A program made the translations under genes and the position numbers. 64,000 nucleotides of DNA from Bugula neritina (taxonomy: Eukaryota > Animalia > Bryozoa), in assembly GCA_964035545.1 (NCBI GenBank), contig OZ037767.1:21716628-21780627 (forward strand), read 5' to 3'. Within the stretch, counting starts at the first letter, position 1. Every line of letters starts with the position of its first letter. Under the pieces are notes generated by a model, which worked only from the letters and a program-made list of their open reading frames with translations, had not been told where the DNA came from and searched no databases. Below are positions 26,296-39,100 of this stretch, in pieces.

Positions 26296-29000
26296 TCCCA
26301 TGGGCCTCCTGGGGATTTTGAAGAAAAAGTTACTGTTAGAGTACCAAATATTCTGGGGCTACCAATATCATACACAACTGTGCAATTTTTTTTGGTTTAA
26401 TAAATCTTATAAGATATGTAATAAACACTTGATTTACGTATATGGGCTCACCATGTTCTGTTCTGCTACAGGTATTATATTCAATCGTATTGCAACAGCC
26501 TATTGCATTTGCACAATATTATAAAATTCTGTGAATATAATACTTTCTTGTTATAAATTTCATGACTTACTGGAGTAAATGACAGGAAAGGCAATAAATT
26601 CTTAAAGCCAACCAAAACACCTTAAAAACAGACTGAAAACTCAACAAAATGATTAAGTAAACAAAAAATCTATGAAATTGGTGTTACATAATATATAAAA
26701 ATAATTTAATGAAGTAAAATATTTTGAAACTAAAAACTAAATGAAGGTTTAGTAGTCATATTTCCAGTTCAAAAAAACTTTATTATAACAACTAAATAGC
26801 ATTTGATTTGAAAGTTTTTTCTGTCTTCTTTGTCTGCCAAGTATGAAGGTTTGTCAGCTGCAAGGAGTGTGGAATTTGCCATGATATGATAAAAACAGAG
26901 GTAGAGCTATATAATCATGCTATAACTATTATAATTTAATGAGTTTGGTATCTGTTCAACTAATGAATGATAGGCAGTAATATAATAGATGGCAGGCATC
27001 ACGGTGACATCCATGGGAATATGCTGCCATATCATTTATTAAACACTATGCACTCAGGGAAATCAAACACAACAATCTCATAATAATAGCAACCTGCTGA
27101 CAGTCAAAACATCCTCCAACATAAATAACATAGATGGCAGCAGCTTTGCGTGAGGTTCAACTGAAAAAAAGTATTTTTGGCTTTGTGATAGACTTGCTAT
27201 TTCTGGGTTGGTCAGCAGGTATTGGGTATGGTTGGCTGTATTCATTGTTGGAGCAGAAGTAGCATTAGTAAGGCATAGTGGTTAATATTTTACACAACAG
27301 TTTTATGTGACTCCACAAGTTGAAAAAAGTAATAAATTGGTTACAGCCAGACACAGAAAAAGGCAAAAATTGAAACATCTGCTGCTGTCATTTGCCTGGC
27401 AAAATCTCAGGAAGATACTCTGTAGACAATAAAGCTGTCAGAAGGGGTGAATAGGAACCCTCTCCGAGCACTTGAGAAAAGAACTCAGTCTATGTGATTC
27501 TTATCAGTGTTGTTATACAGCCATAATGCAAAGCACATGTTTCTCATCAAGAAAGTACTGTTGTAATAATATGGTTAGAAAACTTATACATTTTCCCACA
27601 CTTGTAGCTTGTCAGCACGCGACTTTATCAAGACAGAAATCTAAGAATTCTACCGTAAAACCCCAATTTTACACAGGCCTAAACTAAATTAGTTCTAAAA
27701 GTTGCGATAAAACATCTTTTTGAATGATATTGGCAAATATTTATTTAAATAAATTTTTTAATCATTTTAAAAGCTTATATATCTACCTGCTACATGTTAA
27801 CAAAAGGCCAATTTAGATAAATTAGTTAGCAAAACAGAACATGTTCATTTACAAATGTATATTTGGTTTTTCTCAATTGTCAATCAAAAAATAAGATGCA
27901 TAAAAAATAGAAAACTTTTTTTAAGATTTTTATATGAACAATCGAAGATTTAGCATTTATTTGTGTTGATACAGTAGCCTGACCACTCTAATAAGTTCAT
28001 ATAGCTTTAATAGGATTAGCCGAACAAGGCTATTGATACTGTGAATAGTCACGCAGTTCACACACGACTCGAGTAGCAGGGCGACTGTCGACTAGACAGA
28101 AGCCTAATCTCCCGTTAGGATTATCTCCTCTATACAATTGCTCCGTATACAAAAAACCGTGATGCTAAGTCCCCTCCGAAGTTTATCGTCGTTACTCAAC
28201 ATCCAGATTAGAGTTATGTTGCACAATAAAGCTACTTAAAGGCCTAGCTGTACAAAAGATCTACAGCTCAAAAATTGTGCTGCCACATTATCACAAAACT
28301 ATGCTCTTATATTGAGTTCCAGTGAATGCTGGGAAATCTTCAAACCTAGAGAATATTGTAATTTATGTAAAGTATAATTATACACAACTTACCTGTAAGT
28401 GAGTTGTAGATTACAAGGTTAAGTCTAAATATACACACTTATACACCGGGCTGAGGGCATTTACTGCATGTATAACATGAATATGTTTAGGTAATACATA
28501 TAGTATTATTACTATTTGAAAAAACTACATGCTAGCTTTTTTAGTGGGATATGGTGTTCCATTCTAACCCTGCCCCAGCACAGCGGCTGCATTTCAAGAC
28601 TCGTGATGAATGTTAGGCTGCTAAAAGTGTCTTTAGTTTTCTCTAATGTTCTAATTTAAATAAAACTAGGTCTAATATTGGGGCCACACAAAGATTTCTT
28701 CCTCATGCAGTCCCAAATGCAACCTATACCACACACAACGCATGGTCAACAGGAGCAGAAATTTACTGGCTACAAATATGTTTAATGGGTTTAACTTTTT
28801 GCTTCTATAGCCATATCCTGATGGTTTTAATGCTATCATATTATGGATTAGTGGCTGATATAAATAAACGCAGAAAGTAGAAAAAAACTCAATCGTTGAA
28901 AAGCAATAAGGTGAATTTGAGACTCAAAAAGTGTGCTTGATAAATATTATTATATGCCTGTTTGACATCTTTGCCGCATAAAATCCACCTGAAAGTCGGG

Positions 29001-29004
<4 letters not shown>

Positions 29005-29072
<68 letters not shown>

Positions 29073-29082
29073 TATATATATA
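29005..29082. repeat. (TA)n microsatellite
   Basis: Seen directly. Confidence 0.97.
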
Positions 29083-29785
29083 AGTATCTAGCATGATGTC
29101 AACAATGACAAACTTTTAATAAAACGTTGTGTCATGCAACTAGTTCAACAATCAAAATAACTAAAGTTCACTCTGTATTTGTATCTCGGTGAAGCAAGCT
29201 GATTATTCTGCTCTCTCTGTTCTCAGATATAATATTGGCTTATGTTATTCACACAATGTATTCTAGAAAGTATTCACTTTCTTATAACAGTTTTCTCTCA
29301 TTACCAGTGTGAATGCGAATATCTCTCCAACCTACACTCTTACTGAGTAAGTTTATTTGTAAATTTTTCTGTCAAGATTTGAAGTAGAAAATTTCTACCT
29401 TAGTACCTTACTATATAGTCATATGTTGTCGTTGATAATTATATATCTCTCGCTATTAGATTAACATTTGTTCATAGAAGATAGATTATGTAGAAATTTG
29501 TAATGGACTGAAACTTCTCACTTTTGTGCATATTAATTTTTAAAGACTTGAAAAGTTACTAGTTGGTACATAATGCTATACACAATGAATGACGCAATGC
29601 AATGCACATCAAAGTAGGAAACAGGAAGCAGGGAATACAATTCCAAAGTATACTTGTTATAAATTTTTACTTGACCTCTGTTAATGATAATAATATAACA
29701 TATAACTTTGTAATGCAGTTTATATGTGGATTATAAACATAAATTATACTTTACAAAATTGATTTTATTATGTGTATGCAGGCCA

Positions 29786-30187
29786 ATGTGACAATCTATA
29801 AAACATGATTTTAGAAATTCATATGAAGTTATAGAAATGAAAGTTTTCATTAAAGAAGTAAAGACTGCTATTGGTAGAAATGGGTTGGATGATTGAGTAT
29901 GTGTGTTTGAGAAAGTGATAGACTATAGAATAACATTGGAAAATCATGAAGAAGACCAAGAAGTTGTCTCCCCAATTACTAACAAGAAGACAACTTTCAA
30001 ATCTACATTCTCTAATGTACTTCATAGCATCAGAAATAAAATTAGGAATAGTAGGGACAGTGACACTAAATCTATATCCTATAGACAAAACAAAATCTGC
30101 TGCTCCAAAGTTAAATTAAATAGAAATAGGCTAAAGACTGTTAAATCTTGTTTTCCAATAAAAAGTGGTCAGTATTCACTATGCTGA
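29786..30187 (+). pseudogene. Putative spliced small gene or pseudogene with in-frame TGA codons
   Basis: Donor GTAAGT 29347, acceptor TGCAG 29781, ATG 29786. The frame has no TAA/TAG for 134 codons but has TGA at 29789, 29894 and 30185. No recognised homology. Confidence 0.3.
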
Positions 30188-33100
30188 AACATCAGCCATT
30201 AACTTATGTTCATATGAATGTACAACATTTATTTACTACTGTGATTAAACATATGTATACATGTATATATATATATTTTTATTGCCAGACAATTTATGCA
30301 CATATGTGTCGTTTAGATAAGAACTACAGCTAGTAGCAATTTAAATGTATATGTATATCCAGAGTCTTGTAATTGCTTGGGCGGAGCCTCATTTATTTTC
30401 CATAATCATACATGTATAGCAACAATATGCTATCAAAATAAACTATTATTTTATTGAATAATATAATAATTGAAATCATGTTGTGATATAATTCAAAACA
30501 ATTGATAGAGGCAGCATTGATTGCACTGTAAAGTTTTCCCAGCTGCAAGTGAACACTGGAATTGTTATTGACATAATAGTCACTTTTGTTGGTAGTGTCT
30601 TGAATATCAAACAACAACATTATAATATGTTGCATTTATTAGTTTGCTGATTAGCACCACTAACTAGTTGCAATGCTTCGAGAAAAATTACTGAAAAATA
30701 TGGGAGTCGCGCTCTCTTTCATAACTGATTTGCAATAGCTTAGAGCAAATATGTATCACGTGTCATTTTTTACTGCGTAGCCATATTGCGATAACCAGCT
30801 GAGAATCTTGACGATCACTTTTTGTTTCTGCTGAAAACTAGGTAAATAACTGCTATTTGGCCACTGGATTAAATGAACAGTGTTTCTGATTTGCTCAGAT
30901 ATATTTATATATTTGTTATGCAGTATATTAGTAACCAAAAATATTTTATTATGCTTAATATTTAAAAATTGGCCACGTAGAAAAATTCTAAGGACTAGGA
31001 CTCAGACTGGAGTACTACTACTAGACCTAGTACTAGTAGTAGTACTAGTACGAGTAGGTAGGAGCAACACTAACTGTTACTCACTTACTGTAAGTGTAAG
31101 CCTACGTACTATTCACAGTTAGTGTCACTCCGCAGTTCACTCAGTAACCAGTCACTTTTCAGTAATCGCTATGATCAATTATTATTAAAATTTGGTTAGT
31201 GTAAGTGTTACATTTACTGTTAAGTAAAAGTAAATGTAATGGCTAATTTGTTGGTATTGCTCATGCTAAGCCTGATTACATTTAGTGATTTACTAATACT
31301 CATACTCATAGTGATAGATTGTCAGTGATAGTCATACTCATAGTCATACAGATAACTACCTAATCTTACATTTATAGCTATACTATTAGATTTGGTATTA
31401 CTATCACTTCACTATGACATTGACTATCACTATGACTCTTATCAGTGATAGTATTAAACAAGAGTGACTGTTAGTGTTATTGTGAGAGCAAGAGTAAGTA
31501 TGATACGTCACAGTCATATGCCTAATCCTATGGATATGATTAATATTATGACATTATGATAATCAATATGATTATGATAATAATGAGATCGATTGTCAGT
31601 CACACTGTCACCATGAGTATGATACTGACTACCACTATGAAATATAATTATCATTATAATTATATTAAGTTCAACAAGAACATGCATATTATTTTCCTCT
31701 CATTGAAAATAAATCGCTAGAGTCTTATTAAATTGAATGATAATTTTTTGGCCTATTGTTGATGGTTCACAGTTGTACTGCCAACAACCTGGTAATTGCT
31801 AATTGGGTTTGGCAATTAGTAAAAAGTTTAATTAAATTTGTGGATCAAAATTAAATGATAATGGTGCTTTGACTATTAATTATACATTAATTTTTATTCA
31901 TTTTAAATTTTTATAATTGTATTCATGTTTTACTGATTATCCTAATGTTGCTTTTAAGTTTGGTACACTAATGAAAAACTCTGAGAAAACATGCATGTTA
32001 CTTTTAGATGAAAAAGATCTAAAAAAATAGTCAAGTGCTCCGGAATTTTTTTAACCCAAACCCAAATTAGTAAAAATAATGACAAACTTAAGACTATTAA
32101 ATTTTTTTCTCATAGTTATACTGCGCCTAAATGGTATGGTCACAATCTATAATTTATAGGTATTGTGCTTTCTGTCGGTTAAGTAGTAGCACCAGAGCTG
32201 GTTTTGTTGTTTTCTACCACTCAAACCATTTTAGATATTAGCCGATCCTAGCGATACAATTTTGACTTCCCTCAAAGTTATTCAACTACGATTTCGCTTT
32301 TATCAATTTGCTTTTTACACTAAAATATCGTCAGAGTTTGATCGATTGACCTTCTCACCTTCATTTTAATTATTATCTTATTGCAACTTTTGTTCAAATC
32401 AAAACCAATGAAACAGGTAAAAGTGTTGATATTCATTTATATATATAAAATTTTTTGCAACTCTAAATTTGATCTGTACAAAAAAATAGCAAGCACTCTG
32501 GATTCCATAAGCTAAACTATTTTTCTAAGTTTATCATGTTTATTTAATGTGAATGATATGTGGCCGTAGTGATAGCAACCTAAAATTGTTTTCTTGGCTT
32601 TATTATCGTAGTATCTAGCAATTAATAACTCTACAGATATTTATTTTCAATCACATGTTGAGGTAAAATATTTTTAACTCGCCTTTTATTGTAGGTAAAA
32701 ATATGCAATGCGTTTTCCGTATTACACACAGAACTGGCGCATTTTGATTTAGGCCTAATGTTTCTTACGTTGTCCAATAAGGTTGGAAGCACAAATCTTG
32801 CAGGCTATAGAGATGTTCTGTACAAACATCTGAATGCACCATTTATGTCAAATAGATAATGATTGAAAATTTCTTGACAATGTTAAAATGATTTTTAAAT
32901 AGTAATGTCAAATAGGAATTGATTAAATAGCGAATTATGTGATTGTTATACTACAATATTTCTTGACATTAACATGTTAAATGATGAAATGATTTTTAAA
33001 TGGGCATGGTTACGTTAAAGACAATGATTAAATAATGAATTATGTGATTGTCAAATTACAATATTTCTCAACTTAAATAAAACAATGTTCAAATTATAAA

Positions 33101-33193
33101 CTTTGTGTGTTGTAGCAAGTTTTTCTAGCTCTTGATAAGCGTAATATTACATAATCTTGCAGCTCTGAAACCCATCAAAACTCCCTATACACA

Positions 33194-36100
33194 ATGGCAG
33201 ACACACTGAAGTTTGGACCAGAATGGTTAAGACAACTGTCTACAGGGGGTAGTATGACCTCCCCGCCGCCTTCTCCGGCCTTTGGTGGCAAGTTTAAGTT
33301 AGCTGAATATCGGTATGGCCGCGAAGAAATGTTGGCTTTGTTCCATCCCAATGCAAAAGTATTAACTATAATTACATAAACACATATTCATTCATCATTT
33401 TGTGCAGCTCAGTGTTTTTTTTTTAATTTTTCTTTATATATTTTCAAGTTTTTGATCAAGTTGACTGTTGGGGATTAAACATGTTCACACCAGTTCTCTC
33501 ACTCTCTAGGCTCCCGATGACTTGCGCCAGTTCAGCGCCATTCTTGTCGAGAGATGCCAAGACCCTATGGCCTTGATCGCCCCCACCGAAGAGGAGCAGC
33601 GTCTCCTCCACTCCAATGTCAACAGTAATTTGGCCTACAGGTCAGTTCTCCGGGTTTAGCTACAGTATGTCGCCCACTCTGTAAATTCTACATCAACATG
33701 CCGCTCGTTATCAGACTCCTTCTCATGTGCAAAGTGCATCTCGTATGCAATGCGCTATTGTATAGTATGCAATGAGTTATTGTATAGTGTGCAATGAGCT
33801 ATTGTATAGTATGTGATGCGCTTTTGTATAGTATGTGATGCGCTTTTGTACAGTATGTGATGCGCTATTGGAAATGTGGAAGTGATGTTTCTGTAGACAA
33901 GTGGCCGGCCGAGGGGGCGGTGGAATGAGAGGTGCTGCCCGTGGAGGGGGTGTGAGTAGCATAAGAGGGAGAGGCAGGGGTCGGGGAGAGTCGTCTGGAT
34001 ACTTTCAAAGAGGAGGATTTGATGATGGCTTACCAGTACGGGATGGTTCACGCGGTCGTGGCGGGTAAGATAATGGTAGAATTTACCTTTTTGAGTAATC
34101 TCCAGGTTTACTTGATGCAACACGTTGTCTTATAATGCAGGGGAAGTCAGAAGGTGATCGAGAGAGATGCGTCAGGCTTCTTGTCTGCCAGGACTTTTGA
34201 TGAGTCTACAGATCGGCGGAGTAAAGATCCGTATTCTAGATCCACTCCTGGAGACCGGTGGAGTGAGCTACGCACTACGCCACGCGATGCAACAGGTACA
34301 CTAACATACACGCTTCATTTTGGCATAAATATGGCATCAGCCATTAGCATAGATTTAAATATTGATTTTTATTGCCAGTTCATTATTATTTCTGTATATG
34401 CAGAGAAATAAAACAATGTGGCATATGGCACGGTGTGTTTGCTAATGTTATAACTGTTTGGAAATATTTCAGCTGGAAAGTCGGGTACTGCTGGTGACAC
34501 CCCTACTGATGAGTCATCTAGTGCCCCTGGAACTCCAATAGATGCTGTGGGCAGAGAAGATCTGTGGCGAAGAGCCGGCAAAGACAGTCAGCGTTAGTAA
34601 AATTCATTTGTGCTAGCCAACTTGGCGTGTCTAGTTTGACCAATGTGATCCACATCTTTGGCATTTTAGCGAATGTGAATGTTTCCTATGAAACTATGAA
34701 AATCGTTAAATGTCACATTTAGTCGTTCTACAGTTTTGTGTGGAAGTTGCGATCTCTTTACTGTAGTCTAAATTTCCTGCTACAGACTTGATATGTGTTT
34801 TCTCAGTCATTTACCGTCTGTAGTTTGCCTGGTTGCAGCTCGTGGTAGCTGGCGGGATGCTAAGCCCAGTTTTGACGATGATCCTAGCAGATACCAGAGG
34901 AGCAACTCTGGCTTCGGTAGACAGATAAGCTACGAGAGATCAAGATCTTATAGACAAGATGAAGGTAGGCACTCGTAGCACAGCTATTGTCTGGTGAGTC
35001 ATGGCTCGCGAAAGTTTCGTGCAGTTTACAGACAATAATGCACATGCGGTGTGCCGTTCAATATGCTGAGTTGAAATAGATTAATTGTCTGTGCATACCT
35101 TTAGACGAGCTGCCGGAGTGGGCCACCGATGATATGGGAGGAAGTGACGAGGGCGGAACATTTGATGCCAGCGGAGCGTTCATGTCGTTGAAAGGGGCAG
35201 GTGATAGATCCCAGTCTAAGTCTCAGTCCAAACCCCAACCGAATGGTGACAATCGTAAGACTGGCAGAAAGGAGGTAAATACCTTGGTGTAGATGTGTAA
35301 GTTGTGTTCACTCGTAGACCTGCCAGCCGCGTCTTCAAGTTACCTACTCCACTCTGATTTCTATTCTCTCACAGGAAATCAACAAGGCCAAGAAAGCCCT
35401 CCCTCCCCTCTCTATCAACTCTCATACCCCCAGCACCACATCTGCCGAACTCTCGACACCTTCCAAAGAATCTCACAGTAAGCAGGAACAGCAAGCTGAC
35501 GTGGCCACGCCTACCACCACTTCCTCAGCCAGTTTCCCCGAACCAAATGCTTCTGGCACTTCATCCTCCACAGACAAAGTCAAGGTCACCAGCTCCATGG
35601 TTACACCCTCCGCAGATAATCCGTCCAGTCAGAAAATATTACCTCACGCATCTGCTACCGTGCAACGTACGTTATACTACGTTACACGCTGTACAGTGTA
35701 CATGTTAATTGTTATACTATATTACTTACTGTACATGTTATACTACATTAATCACTTTGCATGTTATACTATATTACTAACTCTACATATGATACTATAT
35801 TACATACTCTACATGCTATATTACTTATGTTTAGCCTCTGTAGACCATAAAGAAGCTGGTGATACTAAAACACCTGGCCAGGAGTCAGCAGATGGAAAAG
35901 AGGACATATATGAGCATCTGACCATTGCTGCCGAGGAGATGATGGCGACGTGGTCAAATGAAGATGAGCGTCAGAGCCTGTCTGCCGCTGCCACGTCTAG
36001 TGCTATGACCCTGGGTTAGTTAACTTACATGTATTCCATAATATTGTAGGTCAGGCTATACGTGGACACCATATATATACTTGTTGATGCAACATGCAGT

Positions 36101-39100
36101 ATGGTTTATGACTATACCAAGTTATTGCTTGTGAATAACTGCAAGTGCTTAGCCTATCAGGGTTAGACAACTCTTGTGTGTCTATCACAGGTATGAGTGA
36201 CATGCTGAAGCACCAAGTACTGCAGCAGCGAGCTCAGGTGCCCCTCGAGCAGCCCGACCTCACCAGCTCAGTGGAGCTGTATGAACACTGGTTCTATCAG
36301 GACCCTCAGGGCAAGCTGCAGGGCCCCTTCACCGCCCAGGAGATGGCGGAGTGGTTCAGTGCCGGCTACTTCACCATGAACCTGCCAGTGAAGCAGGGTA
36401 AAGACCGGGTGTTCCAGGTGTGTCTCTCTGTCTGTTTATTCTTGACTGTTTGGCCGGATATTCGGGCCACGTGTTTATTAGTTTATTTTCTGGTAGTAGA
36501 CTCAGCTCAGCTTTGTGCTTGTAGCCTCTGGGAGAAATATTCAAAAGATGTGGCAATGGCCAGCCTTTCGTCTCCGCTCCAACCACACCGTCCAATTCCA
36601 TTATCAACCGACTTGCTAGTGGCGACCCCACGTTGATGGTGTCTTCTCAGGAAACTATTCAGCAGCAAGCACTGTACTTGCAGCGGCAGCAAGCATTAAT
36701 ACAGCAACAGCAGCAGCAGATGGCTATTCTCAAGTGAGTCATTCACATCAGAACTTAGTCTGTTTATTATATATCTTCACCCCTGTTCCTACCATCCACC
36801 ACTGGCTACATAGTACCCTTACGATCCACCACTGGCTACACAGTGCCCCCACCATCTACCCCTAACTATATAGTGCCCGGATCCACCCCTTGCTACACAG
36901 TGCCCCCACCATCCACCCTTGACTATATAGTGCCCTGCCATCCACCCTTGTAGACTAAACTGCTATTGTTTATTATGTATACCGTTGTTCTTATCCATAG
37001 TGTTGATGCTTTAGGCAACATCAGCAAATAGAGGAGCTGATGGCTACACTCAAAGGCCGGGAGGAGTTTGCACAATTCTCAAAGCAGCAGCTTCAAGAAG
37101 CTGCCTTTAATCTGTTGAGTGAACGTCACCAGGTAATAGTAAGAGTATTGTGAAGACAGAACTGATGGATTTAGTGTTGTGTGTGCACTGTGTTGGTACA
37201 TGTAGTGTTATGTGTACACTGTGCTGGTAGATGTAGTGTTACGTGTACTCTGTGCTGGTGCATGTAGTGTTGTGTGTACACTGTGCTGGTAAATGTAGTG
37301 TTGCGTGTAAACTGTGCTGGTAAATGTAGTGTTGTGTGTACATTGTGCTGGTAAATGTAGTGCTGTGTGTACGCTGTGTAGTGTTGTGTGAAAACTGTGT
37401 AGTGTTGCTACTGTTCTGTAGGTAATGATGGCACAACAGACACTCATTGATGCCAACAGAGCTGTTCCATTTCCTGTGAACAAGCAGTCGAGTCCTCCAC
37501 AGATGGCGCTGCCTTCCGCCGTGCCACCAGCTCACCAGGACGAAGACATGCTCTGGGGGATGGCAGCTAACCCCTCCTGGAAACAGCAGATGGTAATATC
37601 ACCTGTTTCTTTATTCAATGAGCACTGAACCACATGATGAGCTATTACTAGTTACACTGTCAGATTAAGTACCACTTGGTCTGTGTCAAGTTCGCATACT
37701 CGAGTCCTATCTGTTCACACTGGTGTGTTGATTATTGCAGACTGCTGAGGAGATTGCTCACAAAGAAGCAGCTCGTCACGAGCAGCAGCTGCTGGAGGTG
37801 GAAAGGCAGCGGGAGCAGGAGAAACAGTTGAAGGTTTGTTGAAATGTTCAATTCATTTAAACTCTTCTTGGGTAAATTTAGTTCTCACCAGAATAAATAT
37901 TCAGGATCTATTGGGGGATATAGCATTTATACTTTGCTTTGTAGGTTATTGAATAGGGAATAGTATGTCGTCTGTTATTCAACATGCTTTGGCTATATAT
38001 TTAAATTGAGCAAACCTATCTTTAGAATGAAAAGTAAAAATTTTTTTTCTGATGATTTCACTTTTAAATTGGGTTGTTTACTAATAAACAGTCATTCAGA
38101 AAGTTTTACTTATGTTGTTGCAGAAAACTTGCATCTCTGCCTATTATACTTAATTTATTAATAAACGATGCGTGTTGAAAAATTTGAGTATGTAGCATTA
38201 TATTAAGTATGCCTTACCTGAACCCAAATGCCTTAGCTTAGAACAGAATGTAGAAAAGTTGACCCCTAAATCGACAGTAAATTATTAGTTGAGGTTCTCA
38301 TACACACTGCATTGAAGTCTTCTTGTATCAAATTTCTCTGAGATCTCAGCTAAGAGAGTAACTTACTCATTCGCCTGCACATGCAGTCCAAGTCTAGTCA
38401 ATCAGCGTTTCAAGTCTGAGTGAATTTTGACTGAAGAGGCGTTTAATAATTTTCTGATTCCAACTTTAAGGATCCCATGCTGTATTGTAGATAGTAGAAG
38501 AGCAAATGGCAGCACAACAGAGATTGGCTGAGCAAAGAGCAGCCGAGCAACGATTGGCCGAACAGAGACTAGCAGAGCAGCGATTGGCCGAGCAAATGGC
38601 AGCTGAACAGCGATTGGCTGAACAAAGAGCAGCTGAGCAGCGATTGGCTGAGCAAAGGCGATTGATGGAGGAAAAGGCTAAGGAGGAAAGGCGCAAGCAG
38701 ATTGAAGAAATGGAAAAGCAGAAGAAAGAAGAGGAAGAGAGAAAAAGACAGGAGATTGAAAAGCAAGGTACATGGGGGGGGGGTTATTTCCCTGCTTCCC
38801 GTCACAACTTGTAGCCTGTTTATTGTTATATTAATGACCTAACTTCTTTTCACTACTGACATGGACACGTTCTTTATTTTAAATTCTATTCGGTGATTAC
38901 ATTTTTTGGAGACTTGCAAGTGTTTTAGTATGCATAGCAGGGAAGTTGATTTCAAGTGCTCTAGGCTGGTGCATGTCAGTCTTTTGAGTTAAGGCTACAT
39001 TGTGTATACTTTGAGCTAAGGCTACATTGTCTGTACTTTGAGCTAAGGCTACACTTGTCTGTACTTCGATCTAAGGCTACATTATCTGTACTTTGAGCTA

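Larger units (their letters stand above)
21300..27625. promoter_or_regulatory. Distal Su(H)/CSL sites upstream of HES (candidate enhancers)
   Basis: YGTGRGAA matches at 21300, 23994, 24972, 25555, 25700, 25967 and 27593, plus CATGGGAA 27012. HES class C site CACGCG at 27616 and CACGTG at 25890. Confidence 0.55.

Noticed and set aside
26103-26524. ORFs 26103-26375 and 26282-26524
   Set aside because: Derived from or adjacent to a 21 bp minisatellite, with no splice or homology support.
29903-30187. Bearded-family gene next to HES, as in the E(spl) complex
   Set aside because: No NxxN, GTFFW or DRW motifs; only a basic stretch and one K-box.
30188-30400. SECIS element supporting a selenoprotein
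   Set aside because: ATGA...GA is present but I could not form the required stem and apical AA.
30880-31122. ORF with hydrophobic LLLLDLVLVVVLV stretch (also 49231-49425)
   Set aside because: A by-product of the triplet-periodic tracts.
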